Source of the DNA: an uncultured Erysipelotrichaceae bacterium
GTDB lineage: Bacteria; Bacillota_I; Bacilli_A; Erysipelotrichales; Erysipelotrichaceae
Assembly (NCBI GenBank): GCA_942492995.1
Contig: OW818653.1
Location: forward strand, 30,001 to 62,000
Direction of reading: 5' to 3'
DNA length: 32,000 nt
Shown here: piece after piece, positions 1 through 8,985 of the stretch
Layout of the letters: every line of letters starts with the position of its first letter
How positions within the stretch are numbered: the stretch's first letter is position 1
Position numbers and translations under genes: made by a program
The notes under the pieces: model-generated
Told to the model about the DNA's origin: nothing
The model's input: only the letters and a program-made list of their open reading frames with translations
Database searches by the model: none

Positions 1-58
1 AATAATATCACTGTTTACACAGACACTACTATTTTTTACAGGCAAAGGAGGTAAAAGT

Positions 59-1024
59 ATGGCTCGTTATATTGGTAAAAGAGTGCTTCAGATGGCGTTA
101 ACCCTTTTCTTAATTATGACTGTCTTGTTTATTCTATTGAAGGTAACACCTGGTTCACCTTTTACGAACCCAAGAATTTCTGCTGAAACTAGAGCTATTC
201 TTGAAGCTAAATATGGTTTAGATCAACCAATTTTAGTGCAATATGCAATTTATTTAGGAAGGTTAGCTCAATTTGATTTTGGTGAGTCTATCATTATTAT
301 CAAGAACTTTCCAGTTACAAAGATGATTTTTGAACCACTCGCAATCACTGCTCGTTTAGGTCTTATTGCATTGGGGTTAGGTACAGCTGTTGGGATTTTC
401 TTAGGGGCACTAGCTGCTTTGAATCGCAATAAGTTCTGGGACCATTTCAACACAATTGTCGCTGTAATTGGGGTATCAGTACCTTCATTCGTAATCGCAA
501 CGATCTTATTACTTTTACGTAAAGAATTCCCTATCGTTCCTATTATATTTAATAAGGCTGATCCTGCGAAAGGAATTTCTCTTCTTTCTGAAATACATTC
601 CATGACATTACCAATTTTATCTTTAACATTTGGTGTTGTTGCGACGATTTCACGTTACATGAGAACAGAACTTGTTGAAGTATATAACTCGGATTATATT
701 CTTTTAGCTCGTGCTAAAGGGTTAAATAGAACGCAAGTATTTACTAAACACGCATTAAGAAATGCTTTAATACCGATTATTACGGTTATGGGACCAATGT
801 TGGTTGCTCTAATTACTGGTAGTACAGTTGTTGAGAGATTCTTCGGTGTTCCTGGCCTTGCTTTATTAACAATTAAATCAATTAACGTTAAAGATACATT
901 TGTTACACTTGGAGCTGAACTATTATATAGTGCTATGTTCGTTGTGACGATGTTATTTGTAGATATTGCTTATGGTATTGTTGATCCACGTATTCGTTTG
1001 ATAGGAGGACGTAAAAATGACTAA
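59..1024 (+). CDS. oppB: Oligopeptide/dipeptide ABC transporter permease, OppB/DppB type
   Basis: GGAGG Shine-Dalgarno about 8 nt upstream of the ATG. N-terminus MARYIGKRVLQ followed by a TM helix is typical of OppB. Multi-TM protein with permease signature LLARAKGLNRTQVFTKHALRNALIPIIT. Followed by oppC, oppD and oppF. Confidence 0.9.
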   Translation: MARYIGKRVLQMALTLFLIMTVLFILLKVTPGSPFTNPRISAETRAILEAKYGLDQPILVQYAIYLGRLAQFDFGESIIIIKNFPVTKMIFEPLAITARLGLIALGLGTAVGIFLGALAALNRNKFWDHFNTIVAVIGVSVPSFVIATILLLLRKEFPIVPIIFNKADPAKGISLLSEIHSMTLPILSLTFGVVATISRYMRTELVEVYNSDYILLARAKGLNRTQVFTKHALRNALIPIITVMGPMLVALITGSTVVERFFGVPGLALLTIKSINVKDTFVTLGAELLYSAMFVVTMLFVDIAYGIVDPRIRLIGGRKND

Positions 1025-2180
1025 AAAAGTTGATCTAGTCAAACAAGAGCTTGATATTACATCAATCCCTGATGAACTCTTCTCATTTGAAAAATCGGCT
1101 GGAGATGCAGAAGGTTTAACGTCTAAACCGATATCATTCTGGCAGGATTCAATGCGTCGATTATTTAAAAACTATATTGCCGTTATTGCATTATCTATTA
1201 TTGCGATTTTGACAATTACTTCTATTATCGCGCCGATGTTATCGAATTATTCATTAACTGGACGTGTAGATGAAGATTATTATAAATTTGCTCAATTACC
1301 AGCACGTGTTCCAGTTCTTGAAAACTTTGGAATTTTTGACGGAACATTAGTTAAAGAATTTACTGCAGGTTCACTTGCAGAAGTTGGTTATAAAGCTGAT
1401 GAATATGAAATCGTTGGTAAATTCTCACGTAACCGTGTTGAATACTTAAGAGTTAAAGAATACACATATAAATATTTAGAGATTGAAGATCGTTATTTCC
1501 TATTTGGAACGGATATCTTGTCTCGTGATATTTGGACGCGTGTATGGTATGGCACAAGTATTTCATTATTAATTGGTTTCTATGCGGCTATTATTGACGT
1601 ATTAATTGGTGTTATCTATGGTGGTATCGCTGGTTACTTTGGTGGAACTAAGATTGATGATATTATGATGCGTATCTTAGAAGTATTATATGGAATTCCT
1701 TCAATCGTAATTCTATTCGTATTATTTATGTTCCTACAACCTGGTATTATTCCAATTGCGATAGCGATTGCTCTAACGGGTTGGATTGGTGTAGCACGTA
1801 TGATTCGTGCACAATTCTTGAAACTAAGAGATCAAGAATTCGTTTTAGCGGCTCGTACTTTAGGGGCATCAGATGTTCGTATTATATTCAAACATTTAAT
1901 TCCTAACGTAGTAGCACAAATTATTGTTATGGCATCGTTCTCGATTCCTTCCGCTATCTTCTATGAAGCTTTCCTAGCATTTATCGGTATCGGTTTAGAT
2001 TTAAGTAAACCTTCATTAGGTGTTCTTATCAATGATGCAATTTCATCCACTCAAGGCGCAATGACTTATGTTTATCAATTAGTTATTCCTAGTTTGGTTC
2101 TATCTGTATTAATGCTCTCTATCAACTTGTTAGGGAATGGCTTACGAGATGCACTAGATCCTCGTATGCGTAATAGTTAG
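1017..2180 (+). CDS. oppC: Oligopeptide ABC transporter permease, OppC type, with a long extracytoplasmic loop after TM1
   Basis: ATG overlaps the oppB stop by 8 nt, with GGAGG upstream. Permease signature AARTLGASDVRIIFKHLIPNV. N-terminal TM helix, then about 90 hydrophilic residues, then the 5-TM core. Confidence 0.9.
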   Translation: MTKKVDLVKQELDITSIPDELFSFEKSAGDAEGLTSKPISFWQDSMRRLFKNYIAVIALSIIAILTITSIIAPMLSNYSLTGRVDEDYYKFAQLPARVPVLENFGIFDGTLVKEFTAGSLAEVGYKADEYEIVGKFSRNRVEYLRVKEYTYKYLEIEDRYFLFGTDILSRDIWTRVWYGTSISLLIGFYAAIIDVLIGVIYGGIAGYFGGTKIDDIMMRILEVLYGIPSIVILFVLFMFLQPGIIPIAIAIALTGWIGVARMIRAQFLKLRDQEFVLAARTLGASDVRIIFKHLIPNVVAQIIVMASFSIPSAIFYEAFLAFIGIGLDLSKPSLGVLINDAISSTQGAMTYVYQLVIPSLVLSVLMLSINLLGNGLRDALDPRMRNS

Positions 2181-2192
2181 GAGGACAAGAAC

Positions 2193-3236
2193 ATGAAAGA
2201 TATAGTACTAAGTGTTAAAAATCTCACAGTTTCGTTCAAAACACATGGTGGTCTTGTTCAAGCGGTTCGTGATGTCAGTTTCGATCTACATCAAGGGGAA
2301 ACTCTTGCGATCGTTGGTGAATCTGGTTCTGGTAAATCTGTGACTTCAAAAGCAATTATGGGTTTATTAACTCCAAATGCTGTTATTGAAAAAGGTGAAA
2401 TTTCATATAATGGTGTCAATCTTGTTCATCTAGATGAATCAAAGTACGCGAAATATCGTGGTGCTGATTTAGCAATGGTTTTCCAAGATCCTATGACATC
2501 CTTGAATCCAGTTATGACGATTGGTGATCAAATTTCTGAATCACTAATAAACAATCTTAAATATACAAAAGAACAGGCAAAAGAACGTTCATTAGAACTA
2601 ATTGCGCTTGTTGGAATCGATAGTCCTGAAAAGCGTTATAAACAATATCCACACCAATTCTCTGGTGGGATGAGACAACGTATTGTTATTGCGATAGCTT
2701 TAAGTTGTAATCCAAAAATCTTAATCTGCGATGAACCAACAACAGCTCTTGACGTAACAACGCAAGCTCAAATTCTTGAATTAATTAAAGATCTTCAAAA
2801 ACATTTCGGTGTATCCGTTATCTTTATTACCCATGACTTAGGTGTAGTTGCGAACATGAGTGATCGTGTAGCAGTTATGTATGCGGGTAAGATTGTTGAA
2901 ATCGGTACAGTTGATGATGTTTATTATGATCCTAAACATCCATATACTTGGGGTTTATTAGCTTCCATACCTGCTTTCCAAGCAAAAGGTGTTGAACTAT
3001 ATGCAATTCCAGGCGCTCCTCCACAAATGATTAATCCTCCAAAAGGGGATGCGTTTGCGCTAAGAAGTGATTGGTCTATGAAGGTTGATTTCGAACACCA
3101 ACCTCCAATGTTTAAAGTATCTGACACACATTATGCTTCAACTTGGTTGTTACATCCTAAAGCACCAAAAGTTGAACGTCCTGCACAACTTCAAGAACGT
3201 ATTAATCAATTAATGCATAAAGGAGGTAAAGCGTAA
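2193..3236 (+). CDS. oppD: Oligopeptide ABC transporter ATP-binding protein OppD
   Basis: Walker A GESGSGKS, signature FSGGMRQR, Walker B ILICDEPTTALD, H-loop ITHD. C-terminal oligopeptide-type extension with HPYTWGLL. AGGAGG RBS. Confidence 0.92.
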   Translation: MKDIVLSVKNLTVSFKTHGGLVQAVRDVSFDLHQGETLAIVGESGSGKSVTSKAIMGLLTPNAVIEKGEISYNGVNLVHLDESKYAKYRGADLAMVFQDPMTSLNPVMTIGDQISESLINNLKYTKEQAKERSLELIALVGIDSPEKRYKQYPHQFSGGMRQRIVIAIALSCNPKILICDEPTTALDVTTQAQILELIKDLQKHFGVSVIFITHDLGVVANMSDRVAVMYAGKIVEIGTVDDVYYDPKHPYTWGLLASIPAFQAKGVELYAIPGAPPQMINPPKGDAFALRSDWSMKVDFEHQPPMFKVSDTHYASTWLLHPKAPKVERPAQLQERINQLMHKGGKA

Positions 3237-4177
3237 TGGAAAAGAAAGTTATTTTAAAAGTAGAAAACCTGAAACAATACTTTAAATTAGATCGTAAATC
3301 GAAAGTTAAAGCGGTTGATGATGTTAGTTTTGAAATCTATGAAGGTGAAACATTCGGTTTAGTTGGAGAATCTGGTTCAGGTAAGACAACTATCGGTCGT
3401 TCAATCATTCGTTTATACAATATTACTGGCGGGAATGTCATATTTGATGGCAAACAAGCAAGTGGTAAGATTTCAAAAGATGAACGTGGTTCTATTGCAC
3501 GTAATATGCAAATGATTTTCCAAGATCCTATGGCTTGTTTAAATCCTCGTATGAATATCCGTGACATTGTTGCGGAAGGGATTGACATACATAATCTTGC
3601 TAAAACAAAAGAAGAGCGCGATGAACTTGTCTATGCTATCTTGCATAAAGTTGGTTTGTCTCGTGAACATGCTGGTCGTTATCCTCATGAATTCTCAGGT
3701 GGACAACGTCAACGTATTGGGATTGCTCGTGCTTTAATCACAAATCCAAAACTAGTTATCTGTGATGAACCTATTTCTGCACTTGATGTATCCATTCAAT
3801 CTCAAGTTGTTAACTTGTTAAAGAAATTACAAAAAGAATTAGGCTTAACTTACTTATTTATTGCCCATGATTTATCAATGGTTCGTTATATTTCAGACCG
3901 TATTGCGGTTATGCATAAAGGTAAATTAGTTGAACTTGCGGATGCAGAAGATTTATATAACAATCCTCTACACCCATATACTCAATCACTTATGTCAGCG
4001 ATTCCAACACCTGATCCTAAGAGTGAAAAAGAACGTGCTCGTTTCAATTATGATCCTACACAACATAAATATGATATTGATAAACCAAGCATGAGAGAGA
4101 TTACACCTAAGCATTTTATCTACTGTAATGAAGAAGAATTCAATGCTTATAAAGAAAATATGAAAAAGGGAAATTAG
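3236..4177 (+). CDS. oppF: Oligopeptide ABC transporter ATP-binding protein OppF
   Basis: TAATG stop/start overlap with oppD. Walker A GESGSGKT, signature FSGGQRQR, Walker B LVICDEPISALD, C-terminal HPYTQSL motif. Confidence 0.92.
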   Translation: MEKKVILKVENLKQYFKLDRKSKVKAVDDVSFEIYEGETFGLVGESGSGKTTIGRSIIRLYNITGGNVIFDGKQASGKISKDERGSIARNMQMIFQDPMACLNPRMNIRDIVAEGIDIHNLAKTKEERDELVYAILHKVGLSREHAGRYPHEFSGGQRQRIGIARALITNPKLVICDEPISALDVSIQSQVVNLLKKLQKELGLTYLFIAHDLSMVRYISDRIAVMHKGKLVELADAEDLYNNPLHPYTQSLMSAIPTPDPKSEKERARFNYDPTQHKYDIDKPSMREITPKHFIYCNEEEFNAYKENMKKGN

Positions 4178-4189
4178 TTCCCTTTTTTT
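4163..4189 (+). terminator. Rho-independent terminator of the opp operon
   Basis: aaaaagggaa / attag / ttcccttttt hairpin overlapping the oppF stop codon, followed by a T run. Confidence 0.7.
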
Positions 4190-4209
4190 ATAGCGTTAAT
4201 ATATAATTT

Positions 4210-4218
4210 TGATATAAT
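4210..4218 (+). promoter_or_regulatory. Extended -10 element (TGaTATAAT) for tRNA-Ser
   Basis: TGnTATAAT match 12 nt upstream of the tRNA 5' end. No good -35 hexamer. Confidence 0.45.
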
Positions 4219-4229
4219 GAATAAGCACT

Positions 4230-4318
4230 GGAGGAATACCCAAGTGGTTGAAGGGGTCGGTTTCGAAAACCGATAGGAGTGCAAGCTCGCGCGGGTTCAA
4301 ATCCTGCTTCCTCCGCCA
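4230..4318 (+). tRNA. tRNA-Ser, anticodon CGA (type II, long variable arm), genomically encoded CCA
   Basis: Acceptor stem GGAGGAA/TTCCTCC with discriminator G and CCA. Anticodon stem TCGGT/ACCGA with loop TTCGAAA. Long variable arm. T arm GCGGG-TTCAAAT-CCTGC. Confidence 0.9.
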
Positions 4319-4351
4319 GTTTTAAAAGTGACAACATTTCATTAAGATGTG

Positions 4352-4380
4352 TTGATATTCGTATAAAGTAGGCGTATACT
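4352..4380 (+). promoter_or_regulatory. Sigma-A-type promoter of the V-ATPase operon
   Basis: TTGATA, 17 nt spacer, TATACT, located 27 nt upstream of the first ntp gene. Confidence 0.5.
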
Positions 4381-4406
4381 AAATAAATGTTTGGGAGGTA
4401 CCCATT

Positions 4407-4727
4407 TTGGAAGAAAAAATTAAAGCGATTATTAAAGCTGATTTAGAAGCACAGAATAAAGTTAAAGAGGCAGAAGAGAAAATCCAAAATGCTTTACTTT
4501 CAATGGCAAAGGATAAAGATGCCGTTAATAAGGAAGTATTTGACCGTGCTAAACAGTTTGTGGAAGATGAACGTAAGAAATTACTGGATCAACTTGCAAT
4601 GACTGAAAAAGATGGTCAGTCAAAATTCAATGCTGGATTAAATGAACTTGAAAAACAATTTGAAGTTAATCAAGAGAAATGGTTGGCTGATTTGTTTGAA
4701 CGTTCGATTAATTTCGAGGCGGAGTAA
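4407..4727 (+). CDS. V/A-type ATPase small coiled-coil subunit (G/H-like peripheral-stalk component), TTG start
   Basis: TTG start 8 nt after GGGAGG. 106 aa, highly charged Lys/Glu-rich helical sequence. First gene of the ATPase operon, with its stop abutting the next ATG (TAAATG). Assignment rests on position, size and composition. Confidence 0.6.
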   Translation: MEEKIKAIIKADLEAQNKVKEAEEKIQNALLSMAKDKDAVNKEVFDRAKQFVEDERKKLLDQLAMTEKDGQSKFNAGLNELEKQFEVNQEKWLADLFERSINFEAE

Positions 4728-5765
4728 ATGAGCGAAAATTCAAGTTTAGCTATGGCTGCTAAAGCTAAGGCAATGTATGGTAAACACCTTAAATCAGATG
4801 ATTACACAGAACTATTGCGTAAGAAGAATGTTCAAGAGATTGCTGGTTATTTAAAGAATGAGACAGCGTTTAAATCAGTGTTAGAGGGTATTAATGAATT
4901 CTCTATTCACCGTGGGCATTTAGAAATGCTTGTACGTCAAACCTTCTTTGTGGATTTCCTTGAATTAATACGATATGGTCAAACAAAAAAAGATCATTTC
5001 TACGAATATGGTGTTCTGATGATGGAGATTAAGCAAATATTGATGTCGATTCGTTTACTTAGTGAAACAGATAAGACAAGTCAAATTGCACAACTTCCGA
5101 TATTTGCGAATCGTATGATTTCTTTTGATGTTGAGAAGCTAATTAATGTTAATAGCTTTGATGAGTTACTTACTGTATTAAAGAATACTCCATACTACAA
5201 TTTACTAAAACCATTAAAGCCTAAGAATTTATTGGATATTGATTATGCGAATTTTGAAGTAGTTCTAAAAGCTTATTATTATAAGCGTGTATATGAAATT
5301 ATTGAACAAGAATTTTCTGGTAAAGATAAACAAGATATTAAAGACTTATTTGATACACAGATAGAGTTAGAAAATATTACTAAGATTTATCGATTAAAGA
5401 AATATTATAATGCGAGTCCAGTTGATATTAAGAAAGTACTTAATCCAACGTATAAACGCATTACGAAAAAGATGTTGGATGAATGGATTGAGACTAAGGA
5501 TGCGCAAGGATTCTTACAGGCAATACATAATCATGCATATGATATTCCAACTGATATTAAAGAGTTTCAATACATTGAATATCAAACGGATGCGATTATG
5601 TTTGATTTGAATAAACGATTAATGCGATTCTCAACGAATCCAAATATTATCCTAGTTTCTTACTTAAGTTTATTAGATATAGAAATTCGTAATATTATCG
5701 ATATCATCGAGGGCATTCGCTACAAGGTTGAGAACGATAAAATTGCTAAGCTCTTGATATATTAG
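4728..5765 (+). CDS. ntpC: V/A-type ATPase subunit C (eukaryotic d-subunit homolog)
   Basis: 345-aa soluble helical protein inside the operon. Size and context match bacterial NtpC/AtpC. Contiguous with flanking genes. Confidence 0.75.
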   Translation: MSENSSLAMAAKAKAMYGKHLKSDDYTELLRKKNVQEIAGYLKNETAFKSVLEGINEFSIHRGHLEMLVRQTFFVDFLELIRYGQTKKDHFYEYGVLMMEIKQILMSIRLLSETDKTSQIAQLPIFANRMISFDVEKLINVNSFDELLTVLKNTPYYNLLKPLKPKNLLDIDYANFEVVLKAYYYKRVYEIIEQEFSGKDKQDIKDLFDTQIELENITKIYRLKKYYNASPVDIKKVLNPTYKRITKKMLDEWIETKDAQGFLQAIHNHAYDIPTDIKEFQYIEYQTDAIMFDLNKRLMRFSTNPNIILVSYLSLLDIEIRNIIDIIEGIRYKVENDKIAKLLIY

Positions 5766-5774
5766 GAGGATCAA

Positions 5775-7607
5775 ATGGCGATTGAAAAAATGCGACTTCT
5801 GCGAATGGCAGGGTCGAAAGAAAACATTGAAAAGATATTGTTAACAGCGTTCGCTACGAATGATTTGCATGCGGAGCTTGCGAGTCACGTAGTTAATGAA
5901 GGGAATGGAGGAAAACTCCTTCCTGAAGATAACACATTTGTGGAATATCTAAAACGTATTGATAGTATGGCTAGAAGCCTCAATACTGAGATTATGTGTG
6001 CATTTGATGGTAGTACCACATTTACACATGATCAGATTGAAATGTATTTAGCTGAAGCAGAATCGAAATTTGAAAAGATTAATGAACAACTCATGAATCA
6101 ATCAAATTTAACACCTGAAGATAAAGGTGCGATGGAAATACTTAGATCGTATGATATTACTGCATTGAATGAATTGAAATATACGTATGTAACATTTGGT
6201 CGATTACCTTTGAGTAATGTTCCAAAAATCATGTTACATGAAGAGAAGAATTTCGTACTTCATACAATGACTAAGAATAATCATTATGCTTGGGTATTAA
6301 TTGTCGCATTACTTGATAAACAAAAAGAAGTTAATAATATTCTTGAATCCTTATATTTTGAACCAATTGCGATTCCTAAGATTGATGAAGCTCAATTTAC
6401 ATTCGATTGTGAATCAACACTTGGTAAAATTTATGGTTATGTACGCCATTATGCAGAATTAGCTAAGTTCTATAAATACATGGCTATCTTCGATAATGAA
6501 GTTGTAATCACAGGGTTTGTACCAAAACGTGTATGCAAAGCATATAAGACATTGTTTGGAGATTTAACGGATGTCGTTATTCAAGACTTCCCAGCTGAAT
6601 CTGAAGAAGGTTTAGAGCCTCCAACTGTATTACGAAATAATTGGTTCGCAAAACCATTTGAATTATTTATCGAAATGTATGGATTACCTCATTATGACGA
6701 TTTTGATCCAACGTTCTATGTTGCACTAACCTATAGCTTATTGTTCGGTATCATGTTCGGTGATTTAGGACAAGGCTTGGTCTTAGTTGTTGGCGGAATG
6801 TTGTTGTGGAAATGGAAGAAGATGACTCTTGCGGCTGTTGCAGTTCGTATTGGTATGTTCTCCATGTTCTTTGGGACAATGTTTGGTTCATTCTTTGGAG
6901 ATGAGGAGATATTAACTCCATTCTTCACTGAAGTACTTGGTTTACCTGGTAAACCATTCCATGTCATGGACCCTGGATTTACAATGACCTTATTATTATC
7001 AGCTGTTGGGCTTGGCGCAACGTTAATTCTAGTTTCTATCTTCTTGAATATTATTTCAAAAGTTAAGAAAAAAGAATGGGCTTCTGCGTTCTTTAGTCAA
7101 AATGGTTTAGCAGGATTCATCTTCTATGGATCGGCAATCGGAATGGCAACAAGTGAGATGTTACTACAGATACCTGTTGCGAATAACCTAACAATTGGAG
7201 CGTTAATTATTACTCCACTTGTCATTATATTGATGCATGTACCACTAAAGAATTTAGTGAATAAGGTAAGTATTACTCCACATGAAGGTTGGGGTGGGTA
7301 CTTAGTCGAGAGTATATTCGAATTGCTTGAAATTGTCTTAAGCTTTGTGACGAATACGATGTCATTCCTTCGTGTAGGTGGATTCGTATTAAGTCATGCC
7401 GGTATGATGGTGGTTGTAATGACGTTGAAAGAGATGACAGGTTCTGCAGGATTTGTAGTCCTAGTAATTGGTAATATCTTCGTTATTGCATTAGAAGGTT
7501 TGATTGTAGGTATTCAAACGTTACGTCTTCAGTATTATGAAATGTTTAGTCGTTACTTCGAAGGTGGTGGGAAAAAATATATCCCAACCACATTATTAAA
7601 CCAGTAA
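5775..7607 (+). CDS. ntpI: V/A-type ATPase subunit I (a-subunit homolog, stator/ion channel)
   Basis: AGGAGG RBS. About 300-aa soluble N-terminal half plus a multi-TM C-terminal half. Contains the conserved Arg-containing helix IQTLRLQYYEMFSRYFEGGG and MSFLRVGGFVLSHA. Confidence 0.9.
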   Translation: MAIEKMRLLRMAGSKENIEKILLTAFATNDLHAELASHVVNEGNGGKLLPEDNTFVEYLKRIDSMARSLNTEIMCAFDGSTTFTHDQIEMYLAEAESKFEKINEQLMNQSNLTPEDKGAMEILRSYDITALNELKYTYVTFGRLPLSNVPKIMLHEEKNFVLHTMTKNNHYAWVLIVALLDKQKEVNNILESLYFEPIAIPKIDEAQFTFDCESTLGKIYGYVRHYAELAKFYKYMAIFDNEVVITGFVPKRVCKAYKTLFGDLTDVVIQDFPAESEEGLEPPTVLRNNWFAKPFELFIEMYGLPHYDDFDPTFYVALTYSLLFGIMFGDLGQGLVLVVGGMLLWKWKKMTLAAVAVRIGMFSMFFGTMFGSFFGDEEILTPFFTEVLGLPGKPFHVMDPGFTMTLLLSAVGLGATLILVSIFLNIISKVKKKEWASAFFSQNGLAGFIFYGSAIGMATSEMLLQIPVANNLTIGALIITPLVIILMHVPLKNLVNKVSITPHEGWGGYLVESIFELLEIVLSFVTNTMSFLRVGGFVLSHAGMMVVVMTLKEMTGSAGFVVLVIGNIFVIALEGLIVGIQTLRLQYYEMFSRYFEGGGKKYIPTTLLNQ

Positions 7608-7622
7608 GAGGAGGAAATTGTT

Positions 7623-8069
7623 ATGTTAACGATGCTTGAAGTTTTTGGACCATTAGTGGTTATTGGATTAATATCTTTACCGATTATTCCGATTATGAGT
7701 GGTAAAGTTACAGCGAAAAATGCGAAATACCGTGTTTTAACACAAGTAAGCTTGTTTGCTGCTACATTTATTCTTGTTTTAGTTTTCCAAATTAACGGTG
7801 TTATGGCACAAGCTGCTGAAGAAGTAGCTACTGTATCCGGATTCTCTGGAAGTATTGCTCAAGGTCTTGGCTTTATTGCTGCTGCTATCGCAACATCTGC
7901 TTCTGCACTTGGTGCTGGTTTAGCTGTTGCTGCTGCTGCTCCTGCTGCGATTGGTGCAATCAGTGAGAACACTGAAAACTTTGGTAAGGCAATGATCTTC
8001 GTTGCTCTAGCTGAAGGGGTTGCGATTTACGGTTTGTTAATCTCAATCTTGATTATCAACAAATTATAA
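7623..8069 (+). CDS. ntpK: V/A-type ATPase proteolipid subunit K (c-ring): single c-type hairpin with an N-terminal hydrophobic extension
   Basis: AGAGGAGGA RBS. The C-terminal 70 aa form a Gly/Ala-rich hairpin, GLGFIAAAIATSASALGAGLAVAAAAPAAIGAISENTENFGKAMIFVALAEGVAIYGLLISILI. The carboxylate Glu is encoded at 8013..8015. Confidence 0.85.
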   Translation: MLTMLEVFGPLVVIGLISLPIIPIMSGKVTAKNAKYRVLTQVSLFAATFILVLVFQINGVMAQAAEEVATVSGFSGSIAQGLGFIAAAIATSASALGAGLAVAAAAPAAIGAISENTENFGKAMIFVALAEGVAIYGLLISILIINKL

Positions 8070-8077
8070 GAGGAACT

Positions 8078-8386
8078 ATGAAATTCTTTTTAATCAGCGA
8101 TAACATTGATACCCAAATGGGAATGCGTCTAGCCGGTATCCAAGGTGTTATAGCGCATACTAAAGATGAAGTACTAACAGAGCTTAATAAGATTATCCAG
8201 GACGAAAGTGTCGCTGTTGTCTTAATAACTACACTCTGTATTAAGACTTGTCCTGATGTCATTGCTGATATGAAGTTAAAATTAAGACGTCCTTTGATTG
8301 TGGAAATACCAGATCGTCATGGTTCTGCCAAAATTGGTGAAACGATTGATGCTTATATTTCTGAAGCAATCGGAATTAAACTTTAG
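8078..8386 (+). CDS. V/A-type ATPase subunit F
   Basis: 102 aa. N-terminus MKFFLISDNIDTQMGMRLAGIQG matches the subunit-F motif (IxVIGD..t..GFrLaGi). Lies within the operon. Confidence 0.8.
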   Translation: MKFFLISDNIDTQMGMRLAGIQGVIAHTKDEVLTELNKIIQDESVAVVLITTLCIKTCPDVIADMKLKLRRPLIVEIPDRHGSAKIGETIDAYISEAIGIKL

Positions 8387-8395
8387 AGGGTGAAT

Positions 8396-8977
8396 ATGGA
8401 AAAACTAGCACTAAAATTAATTAACGATATAGAAAATAGAGCTCAGGAACAACTTCAGATTCTTGAAGATAATTTTCATGCGCAAAGGGAGTCAACGATT
8501 CATCACTTCAATCAAGAGGCTGTTGAAGAAAGCAATCTATACATTGAACAAGAATTAGCAGAATTAAAGAATAATGTAAGACAAAGTGAAACTCAATTTA
8601 AGTGGCGTGTTAAGAAGAATCTATTTATCCGTCGTGATGAACTTGTAGAAGGTTTATTTGAGAAACTACGTATTAAATTATTAGATTACAGTAAAACAGA
8701 AGATTATCAAACTAAGTTTGTAGATATTATCAATCAAACCATCAAGGCTGAAAGTTTGAATGATGGAATATTGTTTGTAAAAGAAAGTGATGTTGAAGGC
8801 TTTAAGAAAGCATTTAAATCACTAACGAATTTGAAAGTTGAATCGACTCAATTGATTGAAGTTGGTGGATTTATCTTACAAGAATCAAACGGTAAAATGG
8901 CCATTGAAATGACCCTTGACCATCAGCTTAAAGTTCAAAAGGAATGGTTCTTTGCTCATTCTGAATTGCAGTTTTAG
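8396..8977 (+). CDS. ntpE: V/A-type ATPase subunit E (peripheral stalk)
   Basis: About 190 aa with a long charged N-terminal helix and a globular C-terminus, located before subunit A. ATG at 8396 is preferred over GTG at 8390 because AGAGGG (8385..8390) sits 5 nt upstream of it. Confidence 0.72.
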   Translation: MEKLALKLINDIENRAQEQLQILEDNFHAQRESTIHHFNQEAVEESNLYIEQELAELKNNVRQSETQFKWRVKKNLFIRRDELVEGLFEKLRIKLLDYSKTEDYQTKFVDIINQTIKAESLNDGILFVKESDVEGFKKAFKSLTNLKVESTQLIEVGGFILQESNGKMAIEMTLDHQLKVQKEWFFAHSELQF

Positions 8978-8985
8978 GAGGCATA

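Noticed and set aside
4190-4406. tRNA-Ser as a possible integration site (attB) marking a genomic island.
   Set aside because: No integrase, no partial tRNA duplicate or direct repeat was found downstream. The flanking opp and V-ATPase operons look like core genes.
7695-8069. Alternative start of ntpK at Met25 (MSGKVTAKNAKYR...), which would give a cleaner signal-peptide-like leader.
   Set aside because: No RBS precedes 7695, whereas 7623 has AGAGGAGGA at ideal spacing. Kept as a caveat in the proteolipid finding.
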